Positions 1-12,040 of a DNA stretch of 64,000 nt are shown one piece after another (positions within the stretch are counted from its first letter, which is position 1; each line of letters opens with the position of its first letter). The position numbers were made by a program, and so were the translations under genes. The notes beneath the pieces are model-generated. The model was given only the letters and a program-made list of their open reading frames with translations. It was not told the DNA's origin and ran no database searches. The DNA is from Octopus bimaculoides (lineage: Eukaryota), in contig NC_069006.1 in NCBI RefSeq assembly GCF_001194135.2, positions 6,175,529-6,239,528 on the forward strand. Reading direction: 5' to 3'.

Positions 1-57
1 TTTTTATAATTAAATATTAGAAGCAATTGTATGAAAAAATTGTTATAATATTTTGTG

Positions 58-436
58 TCATCATCGGATGTTTTATTGTGTGTCCAACAATTTACTTGGT
101 TTCTTCTTGACCACTTCTTCCCCTCTGTCCATGTTTATGCCTCTGAAGACTAATGAGGCCGATTCTTGCATGGTAGAGTCTGTTGCAAAGTTCACACGGG
201 ATCCGTGGTGGAGGCTTTGCTTGTTGCAGCCTCCATTCTCTTTCTTGTCGTTTCTCTTCCTCTTTCCTCTGTTGCTCAGCTTCAAAACGATTTGTCACAG
301 TGGAGATGGAATGATGCCAGCCAGGCCAGTCCTGAGCTTCAATATCCTAAGCTTTGGGATCGATTCCAGTCAATTTTAGGCTTTGCTTCAGCTGATCCTT
401 GTATCCACAGAGGGGATGGCCACAGAGTCTTTTTCC
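58..436 (-). mobile_element. 5'-truncated RTE-clade LINE 3' end (degenerate ORF C-terminus)
   Basis: Minus strand reads GKRLCGHPLCGYKDQLKQSLKLTGIDPKA*DIEAQDWPGWHHSISTVTNRFE...PCELCNRLYHARIGLISLQRH. This matches the RTE C-terminal pattern (GRP..RYKD.LK..LK..GID..W; C..C.R...ARIGL.SH). It ends in a short GATGATGA tail. Confidence 0.8.
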
Positions 437-548
437 AAATAAAATTTGTGTATAGTACAGATATAACCAATCTATTTGAGATAAATTTTAACAACAAAAT
501 CTTATATGGACCCCCAAGGGTGATATAGACCCATGTTGAGAACTACTG
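437..548. mobile_element. Right end of a hAT (Charlie-like) MITE, split by the RTE insertion; its internal part continues at 1-57
   Basis: Similar to 3790-3887 (aacaaaatcttatatgg...gttgagaactactg). Bases 1-57 resemble 3741-3800. Confidence 0.7.
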
Positions 549-989
549 ACCTCAAGACCATAAGTGTGATGGTGGGTTTCAACCATCAACCATGAAGTAA
601 CCATAAAATAAATTATTTTTCTAATAAATTCAAACTACAAATCAAAATAAACACTTTATCTAAATCATTTAATAATACAGAAAACTGGTTAACTTCTCTT
701 TAAATTTAAATTCATTTCATGAAGCATCAGCATATTTGTCACATGGCTGTGACCTGATCATTAAAATGGTTCCACTATACTAGAAATGGTGTCACAATTA
801 TGATCTGTCCTTGATACAAACACAGTGGAATGGCATCAGTGACCAGGTTGTAAATGTGCAAATGAAAATGTTGACAGCTTTTGAAATAAATTTAAATTAA
901 ATTTAACAACTTCATGTGTAATTAAATGGTTCTTTTTTGATGAAGTAGCTTCAGTTTCAGCACAAAATCACAGACCAGGCCTGAATCTC

Positions 990-1298
990 CATCAATTATG
1001 ATGAAGAGTGTTCCAGTTGATTCAATCACCAGCTTATGAAATGCTTGTGCATGTGACTGAGTACTCCACAGACACACGTACCCTTAATGTTGTTCCCAGG
1101 GTAATTCAGCACGACACAGAATGTGACAAGGCTGGCCCCATTGAATTACAGGTACAACTCATTTTTGCCAGCTGAATGGACTGGAGCAATGTGAAATAAA
1201 GTGTCTTGCTTAAGGACACGATATGCCACCAGGAATCGAACTCATGGCTTTATGATTGTGAGCTGAATAGCCAAGGCACTAAGCCACATGTCTTTGCC
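990..1298 (-). mobile_element. tRNA-derived SINE family B (CORE-like centre)
   Basis: Head at right with A/B-box-like motifs (ggcttagtg, gagttcgattcc), then tgtccttaagcaagacactttatttcac. The body is shared with the copies at 51060, 51681 and 63508. Confidence 0.8.
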
Positions 1299-2040
1299 CG
1301 AATACCCTGATCAAATCAGTCACTGGATGATTACAACTCTAAAAGAATAAACCTTGTTTTTGACATCCTTAGAAACTTCCCCAAAGCCAGCCTTTGACTT
1401 TCTTTCCAAAAGGGGTTTTAACCCAATATTTACACCTGGTTATTTCAATAGCTTTATTTGCTTTGAGTTCACCATTCCTATAAACATTGTTTTATTTATT
1501 ATGTCCAAAGGGTGAACAATGAGGAGGGAATTTTAGACTGCAAAAGTTGAAAGATCGAGACAGGTATGGGTTAGATGGGTCTTGTGTCAGAAAAACAAAT
1601 ACACATGCACACACACATATATATATATACATACACACACACACACACACATATTTTGTTTTGTTTGAACTTTAAAGAAAGGAAACAATGCTTTTTTTAT
1701 GATAAAATAAAAAAGATATTTAAGAGCAGCAAAATCAAATACAATAAAATAATATCCAGTAAAATGTAAAAATTACATTGAAATATTTTATTCCCCGTGA
1801 AATATTTTTTATTTCTAATTTAACTCAATGTTTTCAAATAGATTTTATTAACCAAAATTGCTATATATAAATTCCTTTCAATATCTCAAACTCCATCTAT
1901 TACAGTTTAAAAATCAGCAAACAGACATTACTGGAAATTGGCCAAACTTTACAACAAACTCAAAACATTTTCACACAATTTCATTTCTATTTCTTTCTTT
2001 CTGCCTTCTCTTTCCTTCCTTCTCATTCTCTTTCTGTCTA

Positions 2041-2066
2041 TATGTTTATTATTATTATTATTGTTA

Positions 2067-2120
<54 letters not shown>
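2041..2120. repeat. (TAT)n microsatellite; representative of very many (AAT)n, (TA)n, (CA)n, (GA)n, (CAT)n, (CTA)n and (GGT)n tracts
   Basis: Directly visible. It produces the poly-Y/L/N/I ORFs in the track. Confidence 0.98.
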
Positions 2121-2121
<1 letters not shown>

Positions 2122-2345
2122 GAAGGCCTTGAGCTGCCAGAATCGGTAGCACACTGGGCAAATGCTTCATGGCATTTTGTCCAAGTTTGACTTCTCGGTT
2201 CAAAATCTGCCAAGGTCAACTTTGCCTTTCATTATTTGGGGGTGGGGGTTGATAAAATAAGGATCATTTGAGCACTGGGATCGATGGAGTCGACTTACCC
2301 CAGCCCTGAAATTGCTGAGTGTGTACCAAAATTTGAAACCATTAT
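2121..2345 (+). mobile_element. tRNA-derived SINE family A
   Basis: gagctgccagaatcggtagc head, ggttcaaaatc B-box-like motif, caactttgcctttcat body, aaatttgaaaccattatt tail. Confidence 0.8.
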
Positions 2346-2584
2346 TATCATTATTGTTATTATTGATATTGTTAGGGTGGAATCAACTACAGCTTCTCCT
2401 CGCATTTATGGCCTCGTGTCTATATCAGGGGTAGAGGAACATCAGTAATAGTGGACAGTTGGACTTGGCCAGTGTTTCTCTTTGGAGAGAGAGAGAGAAA
2501 GAGGGGAGGCAATGACCGAAAGGTGTAGGGAGGGGACAGACAAACTGCCTTTTTTATGCTTATATTTTATTTGTTTGTCATTAA

Positions 2585-3337
2585 ACTACGGCCAAGCTGG
2601 GGCACTGTCTTGAAGAATTTTTAGTCAAATGAGTTGGAACCAGTACATTTTTTTTTGTAACCTTGGTACTTATTCTATCAGTCTCTTTTCCCAAATTGAT
2701 AGGGATGAAAACACACCAACCCCAGTTGTCAAGAAGTAGTGTGAGGCAAACACAGACACACATTCATTCATATATATATATATATATATATACATATATA
2801 TACACATATATATTAAAATATATTTGTCCCACCCATGCCAGCATGTAAGGTGGATGTTAAANNNNNNNNNNNNNNNNNNNNNNNNNNNNNNNNNNNNNNN
2901 NNNNNNNNNNNNNNNNNNNNNNNNNNNNNNNNNNNNNNNNNNNNNNNNNNNNNNNNNNNNNNNNNNNNNNNNNNNNNNNNNNNNNNNNNNNNNNNNNNNN
3001 NNNNNNNNNNNNNNNNNNNNNNNNNNNNNNNNNNNNNNNNNNNNNNNNNNNNNNNNNNNNNNNNNNNNNNNNNNNNNNNNNNNNNNNNNNNNNNNNNNNN
3101 NNNNNNNNNNNNNNNNNNNNNNNNNNNNNNNNNNNNNNNNNNNNNNNNNNNNNNNNNNNNNNNNNNNNNNNNNTATATATGAGACAGATTTCGTTCAGTT
3201 TCCATCTGCCAAATTCACTCACAAGACTTTGCCCAACCTGAGGTTATAGCAGATGATACTTGCCCAAGATGCCATGTAATGGGACTGAACCCCATGTGGC
3301 TAAAAGGCAAACTTCTTACCACACTGCCATGCCCACC
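2585..3337 (-). mobile_element. SINE family C with internal microsatellite (gapped); a family D tail is nested at about 2825-2860
   Basis: Tail module at 2585-2760, then (TA)n and a gap, then head module at 3175-3337 (cttcttaccacactgccatgcc). Confidence 0.7.
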
Positions 3338-3633
3338 TTGTTTAATAAAATGAAAACAGTTTCCAAAATTTGTCAGACAAGAAGAATTACGTGGATGAAA
3401 AATCTATTTTGGAATCTCATTAATAAGAATGGGAAAGACATCCCACCAAAATTTAATAGATATTTTGGTGGTGGTTCTGGTACTTGTCAGTGGGTGACCC
3501 CTAGTCACATTTGGCTAGGCTTTCTTACATTCTTAGAACAAATATTGCAGGAGTTAATATTACTCTTGTTCCTTCTAGAATGCCTGAAATAAGTACTTGT
3601 ATTGTTCTCTTTCAGAGTTAGAAATCATTAGAG

Positions 3634-3887
3634 CAGGGGTTCTCAACCATTTTGTTTTACCTATGGACCCCTTTGATATCTATTTTCCTTGGGTGGGTCC
3701 CCATAGCTATTCAATGCTTAAAAAGAATCCTATTATATTTTTATAATTAAATATTATTAAGATTTGTATAAAAAGAAAGTTGCTTTGTGTATTGTAGAAG
3801 TCTAACGAGTTTATTGGAGAAAAACTTTAAGAACAAAATCTTATATGGGGCTCCAAGGATCATGTGGGTCCTAGTTGAGGACCACTG
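3634..3887. mobile_element. Complete hAT (Charlie-like) MITE with 8-bp TSD
   Basis: Ends are caggggttctcaacc and gttgaggaccactg. Identical flanking 8-mers CATTAGAG at 3626-3633 and 3888-3895. Confidence 0.9.
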
Positions 3888-4368
3888 CATTAGAGTAACT
3901 GACAAAACAATATTTAGTTGTGGCCCTGTGTTCTTGTAAGTGCAGGTGTGGATGTATTAGTTAAGGGGTAAAGCAATACCCTTGATCCTTTGCAGAACTT
4001 CTAAGATTGGTGGGAGGGATGAAGTTATCCTCAGATCAGAGACTTGGCCGAAATGCTTCCAACAGAAGAAATTCTGCTTAAAGACACCCAAGTTACCAGA
4101 TGTTGGAATCAAACCAACTGATGGATGAATTCTAGCACCCAAGTAGGCCATGGTGGGAGTTGAACACAAAATGCAATGTGCCAGAACAACCAAAAGGCAG
4201 CTGGTCTTTTGTTCTTACAGCTTTAACAATCCTGCTGTGGTACCATTTTTTTATATCAATCTCGAAAGGATGAAAGGCAAAGTTTAATATAGATGTGCGT
4301 GTGTGTGTGTGTGTGTGTGTGTGAGTGAGTATATATTCTCCTTGCCGTGACATATGCACAATAATTAT

Positions 4369-4690
4369 CAGGGCCACATTAAGACCCCTAGGGGCCCCTA
4401 AACACTTAAAAGAAGTTAATGCATCCATATATATATATATATATATATATGCAATTCAAAATATAAGCAATAATAAGCCATAAAATAAATATTTATTTTT
4501 TTAAATGAAACAAAACAGTAAGTTAGAAAATAATATTTATTTTTGTATACTTCAACTTTATATTTAAAAAGTTTTCTACTATTTTTAATTGCAAATTCTC
4601 TGATCAAATCTTCAAAATTGATCTTGCATAACACATCTGATAATTCGATTTCCAATCAAATAAACCACTTTGAATATTATTTTAGCAAAT
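4369..4690 (-). mobile_element. 3' terminal relic of a hAT (Tip100/Zaphod-like) transposon
   Basis: Minus strand gives SGL.-LEIELSDVLCKINFEDLIREFAIKNSRKLF, like the end of the hAT dimerisation domain. The terminus begins CAGGGCC at 4369. Confidence 0.6.
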
Positions 4691-5834
4691 GGTTTCTTCT
4701 GTACTGCTAGGCATTTACCATTTCTGTGGTGCCCTCACTCCCCTCAACACCCTAAACATCATGTGCTTACTTTGCTTAATGGTTCATCCAGCACTGGTAA
4801 TTATAGACAAAGTCTATGGCATAAGACACTTGTCTATGACATCATACCTAGGGATTGAACCCAGAACTATGTGGTTACATGCCAAACACCTTAAACACAC
4901 AACCATACCTGCTGCTGCTGTTGGTATCATTATTTCAATTAAATCCCTAATGTGCTACATGAAAGGTAAATGCTTTGTGGAGCCTAAACAAGGCACATTA
5001 CAAAATGGTGTTTAGGTTCAGTTTCATGGAAATACAGAGATGTGAAAGAGAAATCTCCTTCGAATGTCCGTGCGACATTGATAACATCATCGTTAGATCC
5101 AGTGCTTATGGCCAACAATTTGACAAACTCGAGGGTATCAAATTAAACATGTTGCAGCCCCAATTAAACAACAAAATATTGCATGCAGCCAATTTGAACT
5201 GCAATCCTGGTAATTGCTAGTTTAGTGTTGTATCCACTCAGTGAATTGACCTCGGCAGAAAGAAACTGACTTCACACGATCTCGTTTCTCTTCACACAAT
5301 AAATCTGACATCTTATTCCGATGAAATAAATAATCAATAATTAGGTTGGTGCAGGAGCTCACTCAAGTCTTTATGTTATCCAAACCAGTGTTATCAATAA
5401 CGAATAAATGTCTTCAGAGATTAAAGAGGACCATAAAAAAAAAAATGTAGACTCTTGTTCATTATATTTGTCATTAATCAGCAAAGCACTTGACAAGATA
5501 CTCTTTAGAGGTGATTTTTATTACGAAAGGTTACAAAATCAAATGCTATTCATCACAGATGAAACACACACACACACACATGAGAATGTATGTATGTGTG
5601 TGTGTATATATGTGTGTATATATATATATATATATTCTTTTACTTGTTTTAGTCACATTGACTGTGGCCATGCTTGAGCACTGCCTTTTTAGTTGAAGAA
5701 ATTGAACCCTCGACTTATTTTTTGTAAGCCTGGTCCTTTTTCTATTGGTCCCTTTTGCTGAACTGCAAAGTTATGGGAACGTAGAAACACCACCATCGGT
5801 TGTCAAGCGATGGTGAGGGGACAGACAGAAACAC

Positions 5835-5869
<35 letters not shown>

Positions 5870-6337
5870 NNNNNNNNNNNNNNNNNNNNNNNNNNNNNNN
5901 NNNNNNNNNNNNNNNNNNNNNNNNNNNNNNNNNNNNNNNNNNNNNNNNNNNNNNNNNNNNNNNNNNNNNNNNNNNNNNNNNNNNNNNNNNNNNNNNNNNN
6001 NNNNNNNNNNNNNNNNNNNNNNNNNNNNNNNNNNNNNNNNNNNNNNNNNNNNNNNNNNNNNNNNNNNNNNNNNNNNNNNNNNNNNNNNNNNNNNNNNNNN
6101 NNNNNNNNNNNNNNNNNNNNNNNNNNNNNNNNNNNNNNNNNNNNNNNNNNNNNNNNNNNNNNNNNNNNNNNNNNNNNNNNNNNNNNNNNNNNNNNNNNNN
6201 NNNNNNNNNNNNNNNNNNNNNNNNNNNNNNNNNNNNNNNNNNNNNNNNNNNNNNNNNNNNNNNNNNNNNNNNNNNNNNNNNNNNNNNNNNNNNNNNNNNN
6301 NNNNNNNNNNNNNNNNNNNNNNNNNNNNNNNNNNNNN

Positions 6338-6398
<61 letters not shown>

Positions 6399-6711
6399 CT
6401 CTTCCTCCTCCTCAAATATCGTTCTCCATGCTGTCATGGGTCGGACGGTTTGACAGGAGCTGGCATATATGTTCGCTCAATGCACAGCCATTATGAGGTT
6501 ATGACATCAAACCCCCAAGTTAAAAACCTTCCCCTAACCCTTCCATTGTACCTCTTACTACTGTGAGCAAGTCTCCTTCCTTGCCTCAGTCAGTCTGTTT
6601 GTCAATTTACTCCATTCTGACATTCCTACCAAGGGACAGAAAGAACATTGAATTGTAACAGCTTCAAGATTATGAAGAGATATAAATTTGTAGTTGGTTT
6701 CTGTTTGGATT

Positions 6712-7086
6712 TTATCTTTTGTCTTGAGGCCATGCTGGTGCACCACTTTGAAGAATTTTTAGTGCAATGAATTGATCCCAGGACTTATTTTTTAAGCCTG
6801 GGCTTATTCCATTGGTATCTTTTGCTGAACTGCTAGGTTACAAAGATATTAACAAACCACCACTGTTTGTTAAAAGGTGGGTTGGGGGGAACAAACACAG
6901 ACATAAAGACACACACACATAAATATATGGCAGGCTTCTTACAGTTTCCATCTGCCAAATCCACTTACAAAGCTTTGGTCGACCAGAGACCATAACAGAA
7001 GACACTAGCCCAAGTTTCCACATAATAGGATTGAACCTAGGACCATGTGATTGGGAAGCAAACTTCTTACTATATAGTCATGCTTG
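6712..7086 (-). mobile_element. SINE family C, full length
   Basis: Same head, internal (CA/TA) and tail order as 9872-10256 and 17388-17790. Confidence 0.85.
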
Positions 7087-7176
7087 TAAATAACAGTGCA
7101 CACTCACACACACTCACACAAGTGTACAGTCAGGCATAGAATGATCTAATTACTATTAATAATTAAAATTTCTAAT

Positions 7177-7220
<44 letters not shown>

Positions 7221-7839
7221 CACGCCACATCACTTTACAATATCTGATAATTGATGTTCTGCCTTAAAGTAGAGCATTTTGAAACTTAAAATGACAATGG
7301 GTTGATAAGGTTATCATAAATAATGCAAAATATAATTTAACTCTGGAAGCAGTTATACTAAGTGTTCTTAAGTTTGCTACTCATAACTTTACATACATAC
7401 ATANNNNNNNNNNNNNNNNNNNNNNNNNNNNNNNNNNNNNNNNNNNNNNNNNNNNNNNNNNNNNNNNNNNNNNNNNNNNNNNNNNNNNNNNNNNNNNNNN
7501 NNNNNNNNNNNNNNNNNNNNNNNNNNNNNNNNNNNNNNNNNNNNNNNNNNNNNNNNNNNNNNNNNNNNNNNNNNNNNNNNNNNNNNNNNNNNNNNNNNNN
7601 NNNNNNNNNNNNNNNNNNNNNNNNNNNNNNNNNNNNNNNNNNNNNNNNNNAAATGGTTTGAATAAAGATATAAGCTTTTGAGAGAGAGGTGGGGAGGATA
7701 AAAAGAGATGTCCAGGAATGGTATCAAAGAGTTATGGAATCCAAAAAGCTGAGAGAAAATAGACCGAGTGGGCCCTGATGTTGTTGATTAAATCCAGGGA
7801 TATAAATACACTAAATACACACATATATGTACACATATC

Positions 7840-7907
<68 letters not shown>

Positions 7908-8539
7908 AAGAGAGAGAGCAGCCCTTGGGCAACCAGATGAAATTTTTGATCATTCATTATTTTTCACAGGTTTATTAGACCCAGCAAAAATCAGTACCCC
8001 ACAGCAGAGAGTTGTACCCCAGAGCAGAGAGCGGTACCCTTCAGCTAGACACTGGATATATAAGGAGATATCAAAGTAGTTTCTCTGTCTGTCCTCAATA
8101 AACTCAGCCAGAGCAATCTGTTCTTGCTTTCTCTTCAAACAAAACTAAACCTGAGGGCAAAATGGTTCCTTTCTCTTCTTACTATCAGACATTTTAGTTG
8201 AATCAAACATTAAATTGCAGTACATTTATTTCTACCAGGTATACATCCTGACTGCACTCGTTTTTCCTTCAGTAACATTTTCCTCAATCTGTCCATATTC
8301 AGTCCTTCCTTTTTTCATTCATTATCAACATCCTTCCCTCCTACCTTTTACAAACATCCCCTATCACTCTATCCCAGCCTTCTCATTTCCATCATGATAC
8401 CTGTATAATGAAAGCTGACATCAAATCTACCCCTTATTACTACTTGCTGCTGTAACCCTGCTAGCTACTGCTAACTATTATCACCCTCTCTCTGTGTTAA
8501 CGGTTACCACTTTTACTATCACCTCTTTAGCATTGATGT

Positions 8540-8830
8540 AATGAACCCTCTCTGTACAGTGGTGGCTGATCAAACAGGGAGCTCGTTAGTTGTGCTGACG
8601 ACATAATACCTTCTCTAGTACTGGTGCCAGGGTAAAATGTATTCAGTACATTGTATAAAGGGGTCAGTGAAAGGAAAGGCACCCAACCATAAAAGCCACG
8701 TGAAAATGTGAGATGTAGTCTTCTGACAGATCTAGGAAAGGCAGCAACAGAATTAGAAGACAAGAACTGGATTGGATTGTCATAAGTTGACTTGGAAAAT
8801 GGACATGATGATGATGATGGTGATGATGAT
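8540..8830 (+). mobile_element. Degenerate family D element (RTE-type 3' tail, (GAT)n end)
   Basis: ggtcagtgaaaggaaaggcacccaaccataaaa...ggaaaatggacatgatgatg resembles the 3' end of 17085-17372. Confidence 0.55.
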
Positions 8831-9344
8831 GATGATGATGTTGATGATAGTAATAATGATAATGATGACAACAGTAGTGATGATGAAGGTGGTGGTGAGA
8901 GCAGTGATGATGATGATGGTTATGGTGATGGTGACTACACAACACAAAAACAAAATTTGCATAATGTCACTTTTATAAGAATTCTAATTCAAACCTTTGT
9001 TTGTTTGTTTATGTTGTAAATGAAAAATTGTTCACCCTAGCATTGTATGATTGCTATCTTATTCCAGCTGATTACTTTACAAACACTGGGAAGTAAACAA
9101 CACATCCTAATGACCTGCATTAAATTTAACACACCCCAGTCAAGTCAGTAGAGGTCTATACTTTGGGTGAAAAGTACAAATAGAAAAGAATTATATATAT
9201 ACATATATATATATATATATACATACATACATCACAGTTTCAACCAGACCATCAGATGCTGTTATACACCACTAATTACAATGTGTTTTCAATTCTGTCT
9301 TGATTGTACCGTTCTTTTTCCCCTTGACCCAAATAGCTGAACTA

Positions 9345-9470
9345 GATTGTCTTCTGCTGGTCTGGACATGTCACAAGGTTCACAGATGACAAGTAGACCT
9401 GTGCAGTTGCTGAGTGGAATCTAAGAGTTTGGAGAAGGCCACTTGGAAGGCCTCTAGGATGATGGGAAGA
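9345..9470 (+). mobile_element. RTE LINE C-terminal fragment
   Basis: Reads CWSGHVTRFTDDK*TCAVAEWNLRVWRRPLGRPLG*WED, matching the RTE motif WAGHVAR..D.RW...V.EW.P...RP.GRP..RW.D. Confidence 0.65.
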
Positions 9471-9473
9471 CAT

Positions 9474-9536
<63 letters not shown>

Positions 9537-9707
9537 ACTTAACATATGTGAATCGTTGGAAAGGTAGAGGATGCAGTTTATCACTGGGGAAAATCCCTTT
9601 ATAGGCATATAGTGTTAAAAGACACTATATTTCAGAGCCAGGTGAAACAAAATTGCCCTGGGAGTGACTGTGAAAGTGACAGACATGCATTTTCCCATAT
9701 TTTTCAG

Positions 9708-9809
9708 TTTGTCAATGCCATGTATGCTGGTCACTTCCAAAACAAGGTTGAATTGGTCAATCTGAAGTACATGGAGCCAGTGTATAAACCATACACTGAT
9801 TTGAAGTGA
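9708..9809 (+). CDS. Candidate terminal coding exon, product unknown
   Basis: ttttcccatatttttcag acceptor; open frame FVNAMYAGHFQNKVELVNLKYMEPVYKPYTDLK*; AATAAA at 9824. No homology recognised. Confidence 0.25.
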   Translation, partial: FVNAMYAGHFQNKVELVNLKYMEPVYKPYTDLK

Positions 9810-9871
9810 CGCTGCTTAGTCTGAATAAAATTCAAATCATGCAACAGAAGCAGCTCGAAAGGGAAGTCTTT

Positions 9872-10256
9872 AACTTTTCTGTATTTCAGTCATCAGACTT
9901 TGGCCATGCTGGGGCAGTGTCTTGAGGAAGTTTTGTCCAATGAATTGGCCCCAGTACTTATTATTTTTTAAGCCTGATACTTATTTTATTGGTCTCTTTT
10001 GCTGAACCACTAAGTAACAGTGACATAAATACATCAACACCACTGGTCAAGCAGTGGTGGGTGGACAAACACAGACAGACAGATACACATATATGATGGG
10101 CTCCTTTCAGTTTCTATCTACCAAATCCACTCACAAGGCTTTGGTCATCCCAAGGCAATAGTAGAAGACACTAGCCCAAGGTGCCAGGCAGTGCGACTGG
10201 ACAGAGAACGCTGTAGTAGGGAAGTAAACTTCTTACCACAGAGCTACACCTGTGCC
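9872..10256 (-). mobile_element. SINE family C, full length
   Basis: Head (cttcttaccacagagctacacc), CORE-like gacactagcccaagg, and tail tttcagtcatcagactttggccatgctgg. Confidence 0.85.
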
Positions 10257-10284
10257 TATGTCTATGACTTACTTAGCATAAATA

Positions 10285-10686
10285 GCAAGGCCAGCAATTT
10301 TGGGGGAGACGATGAGTCAATTGCATCGACACCAGTTTTCAACTGGTGTTTATTTTATTGATTCTGAAAAGATGAAAGGCAAAGTCGACATCAGCGGAAT
10401 TTGAACTCAGAACATAAAGACAGATGAAATGCAGCTAAGCATTTTACAGGACGTGCTAACGATTCTGCCAGCTTACCACCTTAATAATAATAATGCGTTC
10501 AAATTTTTACGCAAGGCCAGCATTTTCTGGAGAGGGGATAAGTAAATTATATTGATCCTAGAGGTCAAGTGGTGCTTATTTTATTGAACCAGGCAGAATC
10601 TGAACTCAGAATGTGAAGACAGACAAAATGCCACTGAGAATATTGTCTGTCCTGGTATGCTAATGATTCTGCCAGTTTGCTGCCCT
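10285..10686 (-). mobile_element. Two head-to-tail SINE A copies
   Basis: About 10285-10482 and 10497-10686, separated by (AAT)n. Confidence 0.8.
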
Positions 10687-11564
10687 CTTAACATATATAA
10701 TTAATTGTTGTTATGTGTTGCATTCTCTAATTGGCATGCTCTGATATGATTTGAACTCGGAAACACTGAACAAGCAGTATGTTCTATCCAAGCTTTCCAT
10801 TCCTTCCATGCTTTCTATAGATCTTTTAGTTGGTGACGTTAAAAAGCAAACTAAATGAATTAAGTGAGATATCTCTATTGATGGATTAACTATTGTGATA
10901 GATGAAGATGTTTATCAGTGAAAACAAGATTGTTGAATGCCAACAGAGAGAGAGAGAGAGAACAGAGTTGTTCCATCTGTTGCCAACAGCAACAATATGA
11001 GTAGATCACACAGATGAAATTGTTAATGACTTAACAGCTTGCTTTATTACAAATGTCTTGTGAAATTTGGATTCTAGCCAGAAGAAAACCTTTCAACTAT
11101 TTTCATTCATCCGTTAATGACTTTGAAAAATTGGTTTCCAGATAAATTAGATTTTAGGCAGAAAAGAAAAGTGATAATTGGAGTGTAGATGGAGAGACAT
11201 TTAAGAAAAATCAAAAGGAAACAATTATTATAGTTGGAATGGAGAAGAGATATGTAGATTAATAGAGAAATTGTGATGTGTTTGGAACAATGTATTGGTT
11301 AAAATGCGTTACAACATTATGAAACAGAAAGTGTAATTATTAGTTTCCTTTATTTGGTCTTTATTCTGGTGAAGATTGATACGACCTTGTTAAGTTCCTG
11401 TATGGCACAAACCAAACAGAACTGCATTAATCAAGCAATCTTGTAAACCATGATTTCACAAGAATCGTTGTAATTTTATTTACCTTCATTTCAAAAGAAA
11501 GAAATGGGCTCTGTGATGTGAGGGAGAATACTTTAATCCTTTCTTCTATCATTAATTTCTGTTT

Positions 11565-11800
11565 ATTATTTCTTTATTGCCCACAAGGGGCTAAACGCAG
11601 AGGGGACAAACAAGGACAGACAAACGGAATAAATCGATTATACCGACACCAGTGCGTAACTGGTACTTATTTAATCAACCCCGAAAGGATGAAAGGCAAA
11701 GTCGACTTCGGTGGAATTTGAACTCAGAATGTAAAAACAGACGAAATACCAATAAGCATTTCGCCCGGCGTGCTAACGATTCTGCCAGCTCGCTGCCTTG
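11565..11800 (-). mobile_element. Young SINE A copy (cccacaagggg tail subfamily) with 14-bp TSD
   Basis: ATTAATTTCTGTTT at 11551-11564 and 11801-11814. CpGs are retained. Confidence 0.92.
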
Positions 11801-11859
11801 ATTAATTTCTGTTTCTGTGACAGAACAGAATTACAATGCTTGGTTTTCAGCATCCAAGA

Positions 11860-12040
11860 CAAGCCAACCTGAAGGTGACTTCAAGGTAGACTAAGAATGA
11901 AATGGTCGGATAATCTCCATAGCCTCAGCTGTTTGCATTTGGGAACCCAGTTGGAAAGTGAAATGACAGTTGCTTCTAATAGGATTCTATGAAAGAAGAA
12001 CTTGATGACTCTCTCCCCATGACCTTCTGGAGAACAGGAG
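11860..12040 (+). mobile_element. Degenerate RTE (Expander-like) C-terminal fragment
   Basis: QGRLRMKWSDNLHSLSCLHLGTQLESEMTVASNRIL*KKNLMTLSP resembles the GRPRTRW.D.I..L.W..LG...RE.W..LL..LPP pattern. Confidence 0.5.

Noticed and set aside
1858-2203. Poly-Y, poly-L and poly-N ORFs, and the many HT/CV/YI-repeat ORFs elsewhere in the track
   Set aside because: They are translations of (TAT)n, (CA)n and (TA)n microsatellites.
5341-5353. ttaggttggtgca, matching a mariner TIR start
   Set aside because: Only 13 bp, and I found no partner TIR or transposase sequence.
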